Made by a program: the position numbers and the translations under genes. A stretch of DNA of 51,406 nt from NCBI GenBank assembly GCA_021781595.1, contig JAJXWN010000001.1, positions 1-51,406 of the forward strand, read 5' to 3'. How positions within the stretch are numbered: the stretch's first letter is position 1; each line of letters starts with the position of its first letter. The notes beneath the pieces are model-generated. The model had not been told where the DNA came from. It was given only the letters and a program-made list of their open reading frames with translations, and made no database searches. This document shows positions 1-8,659 of the stretch, piece after piece. Source of the stretch: a bacterium (GTDB lineage: Bacteria > Vulcanimicrobiota > Vulcanimicrobiia > Vulcanimicrobiales > Vulcanimicrobiaceae).

Positions 1-1517
1 CAACCCCCGCGGGAAGCCCGTCGCCTACAGCTAGCCCATCGCCGGCCGCCACCGCGACGCAGCCGCCCATCGTCGTCAGCCCCGCAGCGGCCGAGGTCCC
101 AGTCGGCTCGGAGCGGGTCGTTCAGGTTGGCTCGGTACTCGGAACTATCACGGCGGCGGCGGCCGATCCAACGCTCGTCGGCGTGCGCGTGGACCAGGTG
201 GCGCTGAGCGTCACGCTAACGGGAAAGGCACCCGGTACGACCGTCGTTACGGTCACCGATCAGCGCGGCATGACCGCGAACATCCCCGTTCGCGTCGCAT
301 ACAAAGCAGGAAGCGTCGCCGCGTCAGCGTCGATACGCATTACGGGAGATCCGGCGAGCTCGCTGTTCGTGAAGCGCCAGGCCGTCGCTGCGGCGACCGC
401 GCTCGCACGATTGCGGCCGGGGGCGCAGGTCGTCACGGGCGTGGACGACGTCTCGTTCGACGCCCCGCTCGCTCAAGACGACGTGGCTACGCTGAACGTT
501 CCGATTCTGATTCAAGGAAAGGGGTATTTCGGCGTCCGGGCAACGACTGCGGTGCGCGTCGCAAATATGGCCGCGCCGAAGATTCGGCCGAGATCGCTAA
601 TGGTTAGCGACTACCCCGAGAAGCTCGAGGCCGACGGCGTGCTCTTCACCGCGGATCTCAAGCGCGAGCAGCCATCGCGTTTTTTGTACTTCCATTACAA
701 TCCACCGGGCGAGCCGGACCGTCGCATCGTCCTGCGCGCGGTCAATCGGTCGCCCGAGCCTGCGATCGTCCAGTTTATCAGCGGAGCCGGCGGCCCCGGG
801 CAAAACGAGATGGAGGTCGGGCACGACTCGACCCGGCGGTTCTTGGTGCACTTGGTGCAGAACGAAGGCAGGATCATCGAGATTCCGGGTTACGGCACGA
901 TGAACCTCAGCGAGCAAGAACTCCCCGCAAAGAACGTCGTCTGCAATCTGCTGCAACTACGCGTCCTCAACGGCAGCGTCGTGCGTCTTACGCTCTTTGC
1001 GGAGAACGCAAGCTCATCGCACGACGTCCCGGCGGCCAACAACGATCTGCTGCACGGGACGCACCGGCACGCGCGGGGCATCTACGCGATCCCGGAATTT
1101 CATTACAGCGCACTGTGGAACGTGACCGATCCTTATCTCGAACTCCCGATCGGCCAGATCCCGCTGCCGAATCTCATGCAGGGCGAAGCGCTATCGGGCG
1201 ATTACGGCGTCCTACAATCGTTCGTCATCATGGTGGAGAACCCGACGGCCGCTCCGCAGCCGATTGCCCTCTACGAAAACCCGCGCGGCGGATACGCGAC
1301 CGGTACGTACTTGATCGACGGCGTACTCGTTCAGTCGCATCAAGTACCGCCGTTCTCGCGCTACAAGATCCGGCAGTACGTCGTTCCCGCCAAAGGTTTC
1401 GTTCGCGTTACGATCGAGACGATTCCCGAGGGCGGGTCGAGCTATCCGCTCCGGCTCATCCTCGCGCCGGACGACGGCAGCGTTCCGCCGGGCGCCCCCG
1501 GTTCGCCGGTCTACTAA
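1..1517 (+). CDS. Exported protein of unknown function, 5'-partial (Ig-like Big_2-type repeat plus an unassigned C-terminal domain)
   Basis: The frame is open from nt 3, with no stop before the GTG at 183 chosen by the ORF track, so the gene probably starts left of the window. The N-terminal stretch ...IVVSPAAAEVPVGSERVVQVGS...VTLTGKAPGTTVVTVTDQRGMTANIPVRV looks like a bacterial Ig-like repeat. I cannot assign the remaining roughly 400 aa to a family. It is convergent with the GT4 gene. Confidence 0.55.
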   Translation, partial: TPAGSPSPTASPSPAATATQPPIVVSPAAAEVPVGSERVVQVGSVLGTITAAAADPTLVGVRVDQVALSVTLTGKAPGTTVVTVTDQRGMTANIPVRVAYKAGSVAASASIRITGDPASSLFVKRQAVAAATALARLRPGAQVVTGVDDVSFDAPLAQDDVATLNVPILIQGKGYFGVRATTAVRVANMAAPKIRPRSLMVSDYPEKLEADGVLFTADLKREQPSRFLYFHYNPPGEPDRRIVLRAVNRSPEPAIVQFISGAGGPGQNEMEVGHDSTRRFLVHLVQNEGRIIEIPGYGTMNLSEQELPAKNVVCNLLQLRVLNGSVVRLTLFAENASSSHDVPAANNDLLHGTHRHARGIYAIPEFHYSALWNVTDPYLELPIGQIPLPNLMQGEALSGDYGVLQSFVIMVENPTAAPQPIALYENPRGGYATGTYLIDGVLVQSHQVPPFSRYKIRQYVVPAKGFVRVTIETIPEGGSSYPLRLILAPDDGSVPPGAPGSPVY

Positions 1518-1552
1518 CGTACTGCGGCGCGGCACACTAGCCGGGCCGCCGC

Positions 1553-2584
1553 TTACGGATCAGAGAGCGCCCGTTCGTACGCCCCGAGCATCGTGCGGCC
1601 GATCGAGCGCCACGAGAAGCGTTCGATTGCCGAGGCGCGAGCGCTCCGAGCGCGCTCTTCGGCAGCCTCCCGCCCGTCGAAGACCGCGCGAATAGCTTGC
1701 GCCCACGCATCGACGTCGTACGGATCGATCAGCGGCGCGGCCGCGCCGACCACTTCCGGTAGCGAACTGCTGGCGGCAGCTAAGACCGGGGCTCCGGCAC
1801 ACAACGCTTGCGCGGCCGCGTACCCGAAGCCCTCGTATCGCGATGGCACCGCGACGACGGCACAGGTCGCGTAGAGGTGCAGCAGCGCGCTTCGCGGGAC
1901 GTAGCCGCGAAACTGCACGCGGTCTTCGACGCCCAACCGCCGCGCGAGCCGCGCGCACTCGTCGCGGTACGCCGTGAACGGCCCGACCGAGACCAGATGC
2001 GCACCTGGCACGTGTGCGAGCGCGCGGATCGCGATCTCGACGTTCTTGCGGCGCTCGACCGTTCCGGGGATGATAACCATCCGCTCCTCTAACCGCTGGC
2101 GGCGAATCGCGCAGAAATCGTCCGCGACACCGGGATAGACGACCTCGACCTTTTCGGGCGCGACGTCCAAGACGTCCAACAGTTCGTTTCGCGAAAACTG
2201 CGAATCGACCAGAATGCGGCGCGCGTCGCGATAGCGCCGAAGCGAAAACGTGCCGAAGTAGTAGCGTGCGTACCAGCGTGCATGCCGCTGTACTTTGAGC
2301 CAAGCCACGTCGTGCACGGTCACGATGGCCGGAAGCGGCAACCGCAGAGGCATCGTGCCAGCCGTGCAGTGCAGGAGATCGGCATGGCTCGCGCGCGCGC
2401 GGCGCGGCAGGAGGACTTGATCCCAGTACACTCGGCGGTCGAAACGCCACGGGTCCAGGCTCTTCTCCGAGAGTTCCACCGCGTCCGCACCGCAGCGGCG
2501 TATCGCCGCGATCAATCCACTCGCATACTCCCCGATGCCGGTCGCCGTGCCGGCGGCGAGTTGCGCGTCGACGGCGACCCTCAT
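1553..2584 (-). CDS. Glycosyltransferase family 1/4 (GT-B fold)
   Basis: 343 aa. The C-terminal motif ...VPSRYEGFGYAAAQALCAGAPVLAAASSSLPEVVG is typical of GT4 enzymes (the E-x7-E region). Its ATG overlaps the stop of the upstream TPR gene (ATGA at 2581..2584). Confidence 0.8.
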   Translation of the reverse strand: MRVAVDAQLAAGTATGIGEYASGLIAAIRRCGADAVELSEKSLDPWRFDRRVYWDQVLLPRRARASHADLLHCTAGTMPLRLPLPAIVTVHDVAWLKVQRHARWYARYYFGTFSLRRYRDARRILVDSQFSRNELLDVLDVAPEKVEVVYPGVADDFCAIRRQRLEERMVIIPGTVERRKNVEIAIRALAHVPGAHLVSVGPFTAYRDECARLARRLGVEDRVQFRGYVPRSALLHLYATCAVVAVPSRYEGFGYAAAQALCAGAPVLAAASSSLPEVVGAAAPLIDPYDVDAWAQAIRAVFDGREAAEERARSARASAIERFSWRSIGRTMLGAYERALSDP

Positions 2585-3408
2585 CGCAGGTCGCGGTCGA
2601 GGGCGCGCAGCATCAAGGCGCGGGGATCGATCGCGCGGCTGCGCGCGGCGTAGCGCCGCGCGGCCGCGCGATCGCCTTGGTTCAACGCGACGACGCCCAA
2701 GCCGGCGTAAGCGTTCGCGCTGGCGGGGTTTACGCCGAGCGCCCAGAGGTAGTAGCGCCGGGCGCCGGGCAGGTTATGGAGCGCGAGTTCCTGGGCGCCC
2801 GCGGAGAGCAGATATTTTTCGTCGAGGGGCGCGAGCGCAATCGCGCGCCGGTAGTAATGCAGCCCGATGGCGTACCAGTACATCCGGCGGGCCGAATCTC
2901 GCCACGCCCGCCGCGTAGCGATTATCCCGAGATGCCAGTTCGATTCCGCAACCGCATCGGGATGGGTCGCGAGCCGCTCGAGCCGAGCCTTGAGGCGCAT
3001 CTCGAGGTTCCAGGCCGCGCCCGGGTGGTGGATTTGAATGCGCTCCACTTCCTGTTGAACCGCGCGGAAGTCGGCGGCCGCCAGCAGATAACGTTGAGCC
3101 GCTGCATCGTCGCCGCGAGCTTGCGCGATCCGTGCGAGGTAGTCGCTGCGCACGGGGCCGCGCGGCATGCGCAAGACGCGAGCGTCGGCGGCGGCAAGGT
3201 CGCCGCGCGAAAAGGCGGCGCGCGCGAGCATCTCTTCGACAAACGAAGCCGGAGCGAAGGTTGCGACGAAACGATAGATCCGTACGCCGAGGGATGGCGG
3301 TAGCCGTGCGGGCAGCGAGTACCTAGCGCCGACGTTTGAGAAAATCGCGTCGGAGCCGAGTTGAACGGCTCCAAGGCAGAACGCGAGCGCAAACGCAAGG
3401 AACGCCAA
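2581..3408 (-). CDS. Membrane-anchored TPR-repeat protein
   Basis: 275 aa with a TTG start. It has an N-terminal hydrophobic helix (AFLAFALAFCLGAV) followed by TPR-like repeats (e.g. YYRRAIALAPLDEKY, ANAYAGLGVVALNQGDRAAARRYAARSRAIDP). No rubredoxin-type Cys motif is present. Confidence 0.65.
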   Translation of the reverse strand: MAFLAFALAFCLGAVQLGSDAIFSNVGARYSLPARLPPSLGVRIYRFVATFAPASFVEEMLARAAFSRGDLAAADARVLRMPRGPVRSDYLARIAQARGDDAAAQRYLLAAADFRAVQQEVERIQIHHPGAAWNLEMRLKARLERLATHPDAVAESNWHLGIIATRRAWRDSARRMYWYAIGLHYYRRAIALAPLDEKYLLSAGAQELALHNLPGARRYYLWALGVNPASANAYAGLGVVALNQGDRAAARRYAARSRAIDPRALMLRALDRDLR

Positions 3409-3443
3409 AACCCCGTACGCCCAAACCCCGCGCCGAGCGTCGG

Positions 3444-4826
3444 TCAGAATTTCACCGTGAAGTCGAGGTCCGCCCGGGTCTGCGTTAGATTGTAAGTCGG
3501 AACGAAGTTATCCTGATACCGGTATTGACGCGCCGACAACGTAATAGCGCTCGAGGTATGGGGGATCCGATAGGTAACGTTCCCCAGATACGAGCTCTTG
3601 GTAGCGTCGATCGCGGGCATCGTGGACGCGCCGTACATCTCCTGGAAGTGCTGCGTGCCGTACTGCAAGTCCAGCGTCACGTCGTGCGTGAGCGGAACCG
3701 CAACGCGCGCGTTCAGCGCATGCTTCGCGCCATCGACGGGGCTTGGATAGTAGATCACCGGGCTCTGCCCATTGGTGAACGCAGTCTGCGCCGCCAAGTC
3801 GAAGTTCGGCGTATCGAGATTCGACGGCTCGTAGCGCACGGCAGCCGTATCGTTACGCAGAAGACGCTCATACGTATCGGAGAGCGCAACGTTGAGGCGC
3901 CGCGCACCCGCGCGCACATGGAAACTGGCGCTCGCGGCGAGCTGCGCCGGGGATGCGCCGGCGGGAGCAAAGCCTCCGACCGCCGCGGCCGGCAGGCCCG
4001 CGATCGCCCCGGGCTGCAGCCACGCGGAGAAGCGCACGCCGCCGATGCGAATCGGGCGCGGCAACGCAGAGCCCGCCAGCCGTGCATCCGGCACGTACGA
4101 TGGCAGGTCGCTCGTCAGAATGCCGGCAAACGGCGCGGTACCGGCCGCACTGCCCGCACCGGTGAATGCGACGATGGGCACTCCCGGTCCGAGCAGCGAT
4201 GGCGCGTCGGCGACCGAATCCGGTACCGACGACGCGACCGGTAGATTCGGGTCGAACGTTTGGAACTGCATCTGCAGCTTCGCGCCGCGTAGCCGGAACG
4301 TGACGCCGGTAACGAGGGTCGAACCCGCGTCGGTAAAGCCTCCCTGGTATCGCGGCGTTTGCGCGACGCTGCCCGACGGTATCGAGTAGAGGACCGGGCT
4401 CACCGAGGTACGCACGAAGAGCGGCAGTTGCACGTCGATATCGAAGATGCTATCGCTAACCAGGTTGCGGCTCGGTGCCGGCGCGGCGCTGCCGAACGCG
4501 AGAACGGCGTCGTGCGTCCGGTTCGCGTCGAAGATGCGGTCGTATGCCAAACGATTCGCTCGAACGCTTGCCGGAGCCGCTACTGCGCCCGGAACGTACG
4601 CCGCGCTGGTAACCGTCGCGAAGAGCAGGCGACCCACGCTCGCCCGTGCCGCGAGCGTCGCCCGGGGCGGATGCATCGGTCCGAGGAAGCCGGCGCTCGG
4701 GTAGGCCGCTTGCGCGCGCGCGCCACATGCCAGCGCTGCGAGCAGCGCGGCCGAGGTGACGAGGCGACCGAGGCGAGCCATCATACCCTTCCCGGCTCCG
4801 AGGGAGCCTGTAGCATACATCGACAC
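3444..4826 (-). CDS. Putative outer-membrane beta-barrel protein
   Basis: Signal-peptide-like N-terminus (MARLGRLVTSAALLAALACGARAQA; alternative start near 4784). The C-terminal half has alternating-hydrophobic strands and ends in ...RADLDFTVKF, the terminal aromatic residue typical of BAM substrates. Confidence 0.6.
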   Translation of the reverse strand: MSMYATGSLGAGKGMMARLGRLVTSAALLAALACGARAQAAYPSAGFLGPMHPPRATLAARASVGRLLFATVTSAAYVPGAVAAPASVRANRLAYDRIFDANRTHDAVLAFGSAAPAPSRNLVSDSIFDIDVQLPLFVRTSVSPVLYSIPSGSVAQTPRYQGGFTDAGSTLVTGVTFRLRGAKLQMQFQTFDPNLPVASSVPDSVADAPSLLGPGVPIVAFTGAGSAAGTAPFAGILTSDLPSYVPDARLAGSALPRPIRIGGVRFSAWLQPGAIAGLPAAAVGGFAPAGASPAQLAASASFHVRAGARRLNVALSDTYERLLRNDTAAVRYEPSNLDTPNFDLAAQTAFTNGQSPVIYYPSPVDGAKHALNARVAVPLTHDVTLDLQYGTQHFQEMYGASTMPAIDATKSSYLGNVTYRIPHTSSAITLSARQYRYQDNFVPTYNLTQTRADLDFTVKF

Positions 4827-4862
4827 TTTCCGCCAGTCGTTATATATACGACGCGGCGGTGC

Positions 4863-5270
4863 CTAGCCCCCGCGTTCGGTGAATCGCCGGGCGATCAAAA
4901 GGGCGGCGTAGTCGTCGATGGGCCGCGGGGGCAGCTGGAGCCCGATCGGCACCAGGCGCCGCCAGCCACGCGGCGGGTGGTCCGCAAAATAGAGGGCCCG
5001 GGCAAAGAGCGTCGTCCCGCTCTCGTCGACCAGGTGGATCGGGAGTTCCAGGCAGCCCAGCAGGGTGGCGATCACGGCGGCGTTTGTCCCGCGCCCCAGC
5101 GCCACCGCCCGGATCCCATGTTCCGGGACCAGCGGCTTGAGGCGCTCGAGCAGCGTGTCGAGCCCCTCGACCCCCAGCGCCAGCGGAGCCCCGGCGCCGG
5201 TACCGGCGACGACGGCGTATCCCGCTTTGCGCGTCCCCGGGTCGACCCCGAGAACGGAGCCGCTCGTCAT
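4863..5270 (-). CDS. YqgF/RuvX-like RNase H-fold nuclease (putative)
   Basis: 135 aa. Motifs include an N-terminal VLGVDPGTRKAGYAVV, then VDESGTT and DDYAALLIARRF near the C-terminus, which resemble YqgF-type resolvase-like proteins. Its ATG overlaps the upstream stop (ATGA at 5267..5270). Confidence 0.5.
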   Translation of the reverse strand: MTSGSVLGVDPGTRKAGYAVVAGTGAGAPLALGVEGLDTLLERLKPLVPEHGIRAVALGRGTNAAVIATLLGCLELPIHLVDESGTTLFARALYFADHPPRGWRRLVPIGLQLPPRPIDDYAALLIARRFTERGG

Positions 5271-6220
5271 CTCGGTGCAGGTTCGAGCGTCACGATGACG
5301 GGAACGCCCGCCGTATGCGGGTACACGTCTTCGGCCGCAAATGCAGTCATAATATATTTTCCGGTACCTTTCCCGACGATCGCCTGCATCTGCGCGAGGC
5401 TCGGGAGGTACTGGACCGGCTGTACGAAGATTGCGAAATACGGCGGCAAACCGTCCTTCGCGGCCTGCGCGCCGACGATCTCCTCGAGCTCCGCGACCGC
5501 CAGCTGAACGTTCACGTTCTTGCTCGCGGGGATGCGCAGCGACTGGATCGGTGAGCGCGCCGGATAGACGAGCTTATCCGGAATGATCGTCAGTCCGAAA
5601 TGGATTTGGTCGTGCAAATAGAGGTTCTGATCCGCGACCGCGAGCAACAGGACGTTCCCCTGCGTCACGTCCGCGCGCATCGGAAGCCCGTTGGCCAGCG
5701 CGCCCAGCCGTTTCGCTATATCGCCCGGCACGACGAACGGTTTGAGCAGGCCGCCCTTCCCGGCGTATCGCTGATTGACGAACTGTACGGTATCGTGAAA
5801 GTAGCGCGCGATGATCTCAAGGCGGTGCTTCGGCGGTGCGTTGCGCGGAATCAGCGCGAGTGTAGGCGTGATCGGCGTGTTGGTGTTGATGACCAAACGC
5901 CCCGTATTTACTTTCTTTTCGAGGTTCGCTGCTTTGGCGCGCAGTTCTTCGATCTGGCTGTTGATCGCGTTGAGTTGGAAGAACGCCAGCTTCACCTCTT
6001 GCGACATGGCGATCGCGCCGAGCGTCACGACCAGCGCGATGACCATGCCCGTCGCTATGGCGACGATCGTCGACGTGTAACGCGGGCGTATGCCGAACAG
6101 CGTCAACCGCTTACGGCCGATTTGATGGCCGACGCGGTCGCCGACGTAGGCGATCGCGCCGGCCAGTGCCGTTATGAAGAGCACGATTCCGATGCCGCGC
6201 AGGAGATCTGATGCGCTCAT
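5267..6220 (-). CDS. Membrane protein with coiled coil (DUF3084-like, as in cyanobacteria)
   Basis: The track ORF (5267..6460) overlaps lptF/G. The plausible start is the ATG at 6220 ([32 protein letters not shown]...), which shares one nucleotide with the lptF/G stop (TGATG). It has two TM helices, then the coiled coil QLNAINSQIEELRAKAANLEKKV. The family assignment is from memory. Confidence 0.55.
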   Translation of the reverse strand: MSASDLLRGIGIVLFITALAGAIAYVGDRVGHQIGRKRLTLFGIRPRYTSTIVAIATGMVIALVVTLGAIAMSQEVKLAFFQLNAINSQIEELRAKAANLEKKVNTGRLVINTNTPITPTLALIPRNAPPKHRLEIIARYFHDTVQFVNQRYAGKGGLLKPFVVPGDIAKRLGALANGLPMRADVTQGNVLLLAVADQNLYLHDQIHFGLTIIPDKLVYPARSPIQSLRIPASKNVNVQLAVAELEEIVGAQAAKDGLPPYFAIFVQPVQYLPSLAQMQAIVGKGTGKYIMTAFAAEDVYPHTAGVPVIVTLEPAPR

Positions 6221-7350
6221 CAGACCGACGCCGCCTTGCGCAAGCGCGCAACGCCGAGGTACGTGAAGATGAGGTTGGGCATCCACGCGGCCGGCGCCGC
6301 CAGCGGCAACATCGCCTCGCCGATGTACGAAAATATCGTCGACACGACATAGTAGACGAAGATGAGAGCGACCGCTAGGCCGAATCCGATGCTCGTACTG
6401 CCGCCCCCGCGCACCGAGCGAATGCCGAACGGAATCGCGATCAAGGTAAAGACAAAGCACGCGAACGGCCGCGCGAGCTTCTCTTGGTAGGTCGCGACGT
6501 ACTTGCGCAGTTCGTTCTGCGTGAGCTGCCCCGACCTAATGATCTCGGCGATCTGCGCGCGGCTCATATCCTCCGGATTGTCGAGTTGGATGCGTTTGAC
6601 GATTTCGGTTGGACTCTCGCCGATCTCGACCTGCAGCGTGGGCGTCTTCGGCGCGACCGTTACGGTTCCGTCGGGATTGAATGCATAGGTACTGACGTCG
6701 TCGAGCGTCCACCGGTCGGCCAAAAAAACGGCACGGTCGGCAAAGACGACGCGCGTCTGCACGCCGTGGCGGTCGTACTGAACCAGCGTCACGTGCAGAA
6801 GCGCCTGCGTGTGCGGTTCGTACCCAAGCGCCATCGTAATTTGGCGTCCGCCGCCGGGGAGCGGCGCCGCTACGGTCAGGTCGCGGTTGAAGACGCTGGA
6901 ATGGTTGATCACGTCGTCCTGGATGCGGGTAAACTGAGACTGAGCGTACGGCACGATCTCTTCCTGCAGAAAGAGCGTGACGAACGAGAGTACGAGTCCC
7001 GCAGCGAGCACCGGGGCGATGATGCGGATGAAGGTAATGCCTCCGGCCTTCATCGCCATGATTTCGCTGTCGCCCGAAAGGCGCTGGATCGCGAGCAGGG
7101 TCCCGAGCAAGAGCGCCATCGGAATGACCAATACGACGACGCTTGGCAGTTGCCAGATGAAGGCTTCGATCGCCGCCCACAAGGGTGCGTGCGTATCGGC
7201 CAGCTCGCGACCGATGGCCAAAATCTGCGTCGCCGCGAAGATCATCGTGAATGCCGAAAGGCCGAACGCGGCCGGACCCGCCAGCTCCACGAGCATGTAG
7301 CGGTCCAGGATCGTTAGGCGCAACCGCCGCAGCACCGCCGGTTCGCTCAC
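6220..7350 (-). CDS. lptF: LPS export ABC permease, LptF/LptG (YjgP/YjgQ) family
   Basis: 376 aa with a GTG start overlapping the lptB stop (GTGA). The N-terminus [27 protein letters not shown] is typical of LptF/G. A periplasmic insert lies between the TM3 and TM4 regions. It sits directly downstream of lptB. Confidence 0.8.
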   Translation of the reverse strand: MSEPAVLRRLRLTILDRYMLVELAGPAAFGLSAFTMIFAATQILAIGRELADTHAPLWAAIEAFIWQLPSVVVLVIPMALLLGTLLAIQRLSGDSEIMAMKAGGITFIRIIAPVLAAGLVLSFVTLFLQEEIVPYAQSQFTRIQDDVINHSSVFNRDLTVAAPLPGGGRQITMALGYEPHTQALLHVTLVQYDRHGVQTRVVFADRAVFLADRWTLDDVSTYAFNPDGTVTVAPKTPTLQVEIGESPTEIVKRIQLDNPEDMSRAQIAEIIRSGQLTQNELRKYVATYQEKLARPFACFVFTLIAIPFGIRSVRGGGSTSIGFGLAVALIFVYYVVSTIFSYIGEAMLPLAAPAAWMPNLIFTYLGVARLRKAASV

Positions 7351-8096
7351 AAGCGAAACCCTTCGCCGAGATAGAATTTGCGTGCGACCGGGCTCTCGAG
7401 GACTTCGTGCGCCGTTCCCGAGACCTCGATCCGCCCCTCGTTGAGGATATAGGCGCGATCGACGATTGCGAGGGTCTCGCGGACCTGATGGTCCGTGATC
7501 AAGACGCCCAAACCGCGGTCGCGCAACTGGCGGATCATCGCTTGAATGTCGGCTACGGCGATCGGATCGATGCCGGTGAACGGCTCGTCCAGGAGCAGGA
7601 ACGCGGGTTCGATCGCAATGGCCCGCGCGATCTCGACGCGCCGGCGTTCGCCGCCCGAGAGGCTATCGCCGCGCGCGTCGATGAAGTTCAAGAGGCCGAA
7701 CTCTTCGAGCAGCTCCGGAAGGCGTTCGTTCTGCCGCTCGACCGGGACGCCGGTCATCTCCCAGATCAACCGTATATTGTCGCCGACCGAGAGCTTGCGA
7801 AAGATCGAATTTTCCTGAGAGAGGTAGCCGATGCCGCTACGCGCGCGCGCGTACATCGGCGCAGCCGTCAGATCAATTTCGCGATCGGCCTCGCGCAACA
7901 CCACCGTCCCGCCGTCGGGTTTCACCAGCCCGACGACCATGTAAAAGGTCGTCGTCTTCCCGGCGCCGTTAGGGCCGAGCAACCCGACGATCTCGCCGGT
8001 CCCGACTTCGGCGCTCACTCCGTCGACGACCGTGCGCTCGCCGTATCGCTTGACGAGCCTGCGTAATTGAATCTGCCGTCGTTGCGTCGTGTTCAT
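7347..8096 (-). CDS. lptB: LPS export ABC transporter ATP-binding protein LptB
   Basis: Start trimmed to the ATG at 8096 ([24 protein letters not shown]...), which overlaps the upstream stop (ATGA). Walker [10 protein letters not shown], signature [14 protein letters not shown] and Walker B LLLDEP are present. The end of the protein is similar to the LptB C-terminus. Confidence 0.9.
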   Translation of the reverse strand: MNTTQRRQIQLRRLVKRYGERTVVDGVSAEVGTGEIVGLLGPNGAGKTTTFYMVVGLVKPDGGTVVLREADREIDLTAAPMYARARSGIGYLSQENSIFRKLSVGDNIRLIWEMTGVPVERQNERLPELLEEFGLLNFIDARGDSLSGGERRRVEIARAIAIEPAFLLLDEPFTGIDPIAVADIQAMIRQLRDRGLGVLITDHQVRETLAIVDRAYILNEGRIEVSGTAHEVLESPVARKFYLGEGFRL

Positions 8097-8659
8097 CTCA
8101 TCCGCATCTGCGTCAACGTGACGTCGGAGTCGAAGCTGTTGCCGGTGAGCGTCGTCTGCGATCCGCCTTGCGCGCCCGTGATCCGCACGTTCCCTTCTCC
8201 GTGCAGCAAACCCGTTTTGCGATCGTACGTGAGGCGATCGCACGTCAGCGTCTGTCCGCTACTGCTCTTGCCATGTACCCCGCCGCTGAGGTTCACCTGC
8301 TCGCGGCGATCGTCGACGGTTGCAATGGGTGCCCGCGCGAGCAGCGTTTGACCGTTTCGCGCATAAAACGTAACGCGTGCGTCGTGAAACGTGGCTTGGG
8401 TCACGCTCGCCGAGGAGCGACTGTCGTAGGAGGCGGCTAAGAGTTGGTAGAGCTTACGGTTGCCCTCTTGCTCGACGATCCGGACCGGATGGTGCGCGGT
8501 TCCGCGCCCGATGATGCGCAGCGGCGGCACCGGGTTGCCGGCCGCCGAGGGCGTGGCCGAGGCTTCGAACGAGGACAACCGGTGCGGGCGCGGATTGCAT
8601 CCGCCGGTTACGGCCAGCAGGATCAGCGCCGCAGCCGCCGGCGGCCATGGCTTACTCAT
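8093..8659 (-). CDS. LptC/LptA-like (OstA-type beta-jellyroll) lipoprotein
   Basis: Start trimmed to the ATG at 8659 ([21 protein letters not shown]..., with a lipobox-like TGGC), which overlaps the upstream stop (ATGA). The C-terminal part ([25 protein letters not shown]) resembles the LptC/LptA fold. Its position immediately upstream of lptB matches the lptC-lptA-lptB order. Confidence 0.6.
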   Translation of the reverse strand: MSKPWPPAAAALILLAVTGGCNPRPHRLSSFEASATPSAAGNPVPPLRIIGRGTAHHPVRIVEQEGNRKLYQLLAASYDSRSSASVTQATFHDARVTFYARNGQTLLARAPIATVDDRREQVNLSGGVHGKSSSGQTLTCDRLTYDRKTGLLHGEGNVRITGAQGGSQTTLTGNSFDSDVTLTQMRMR

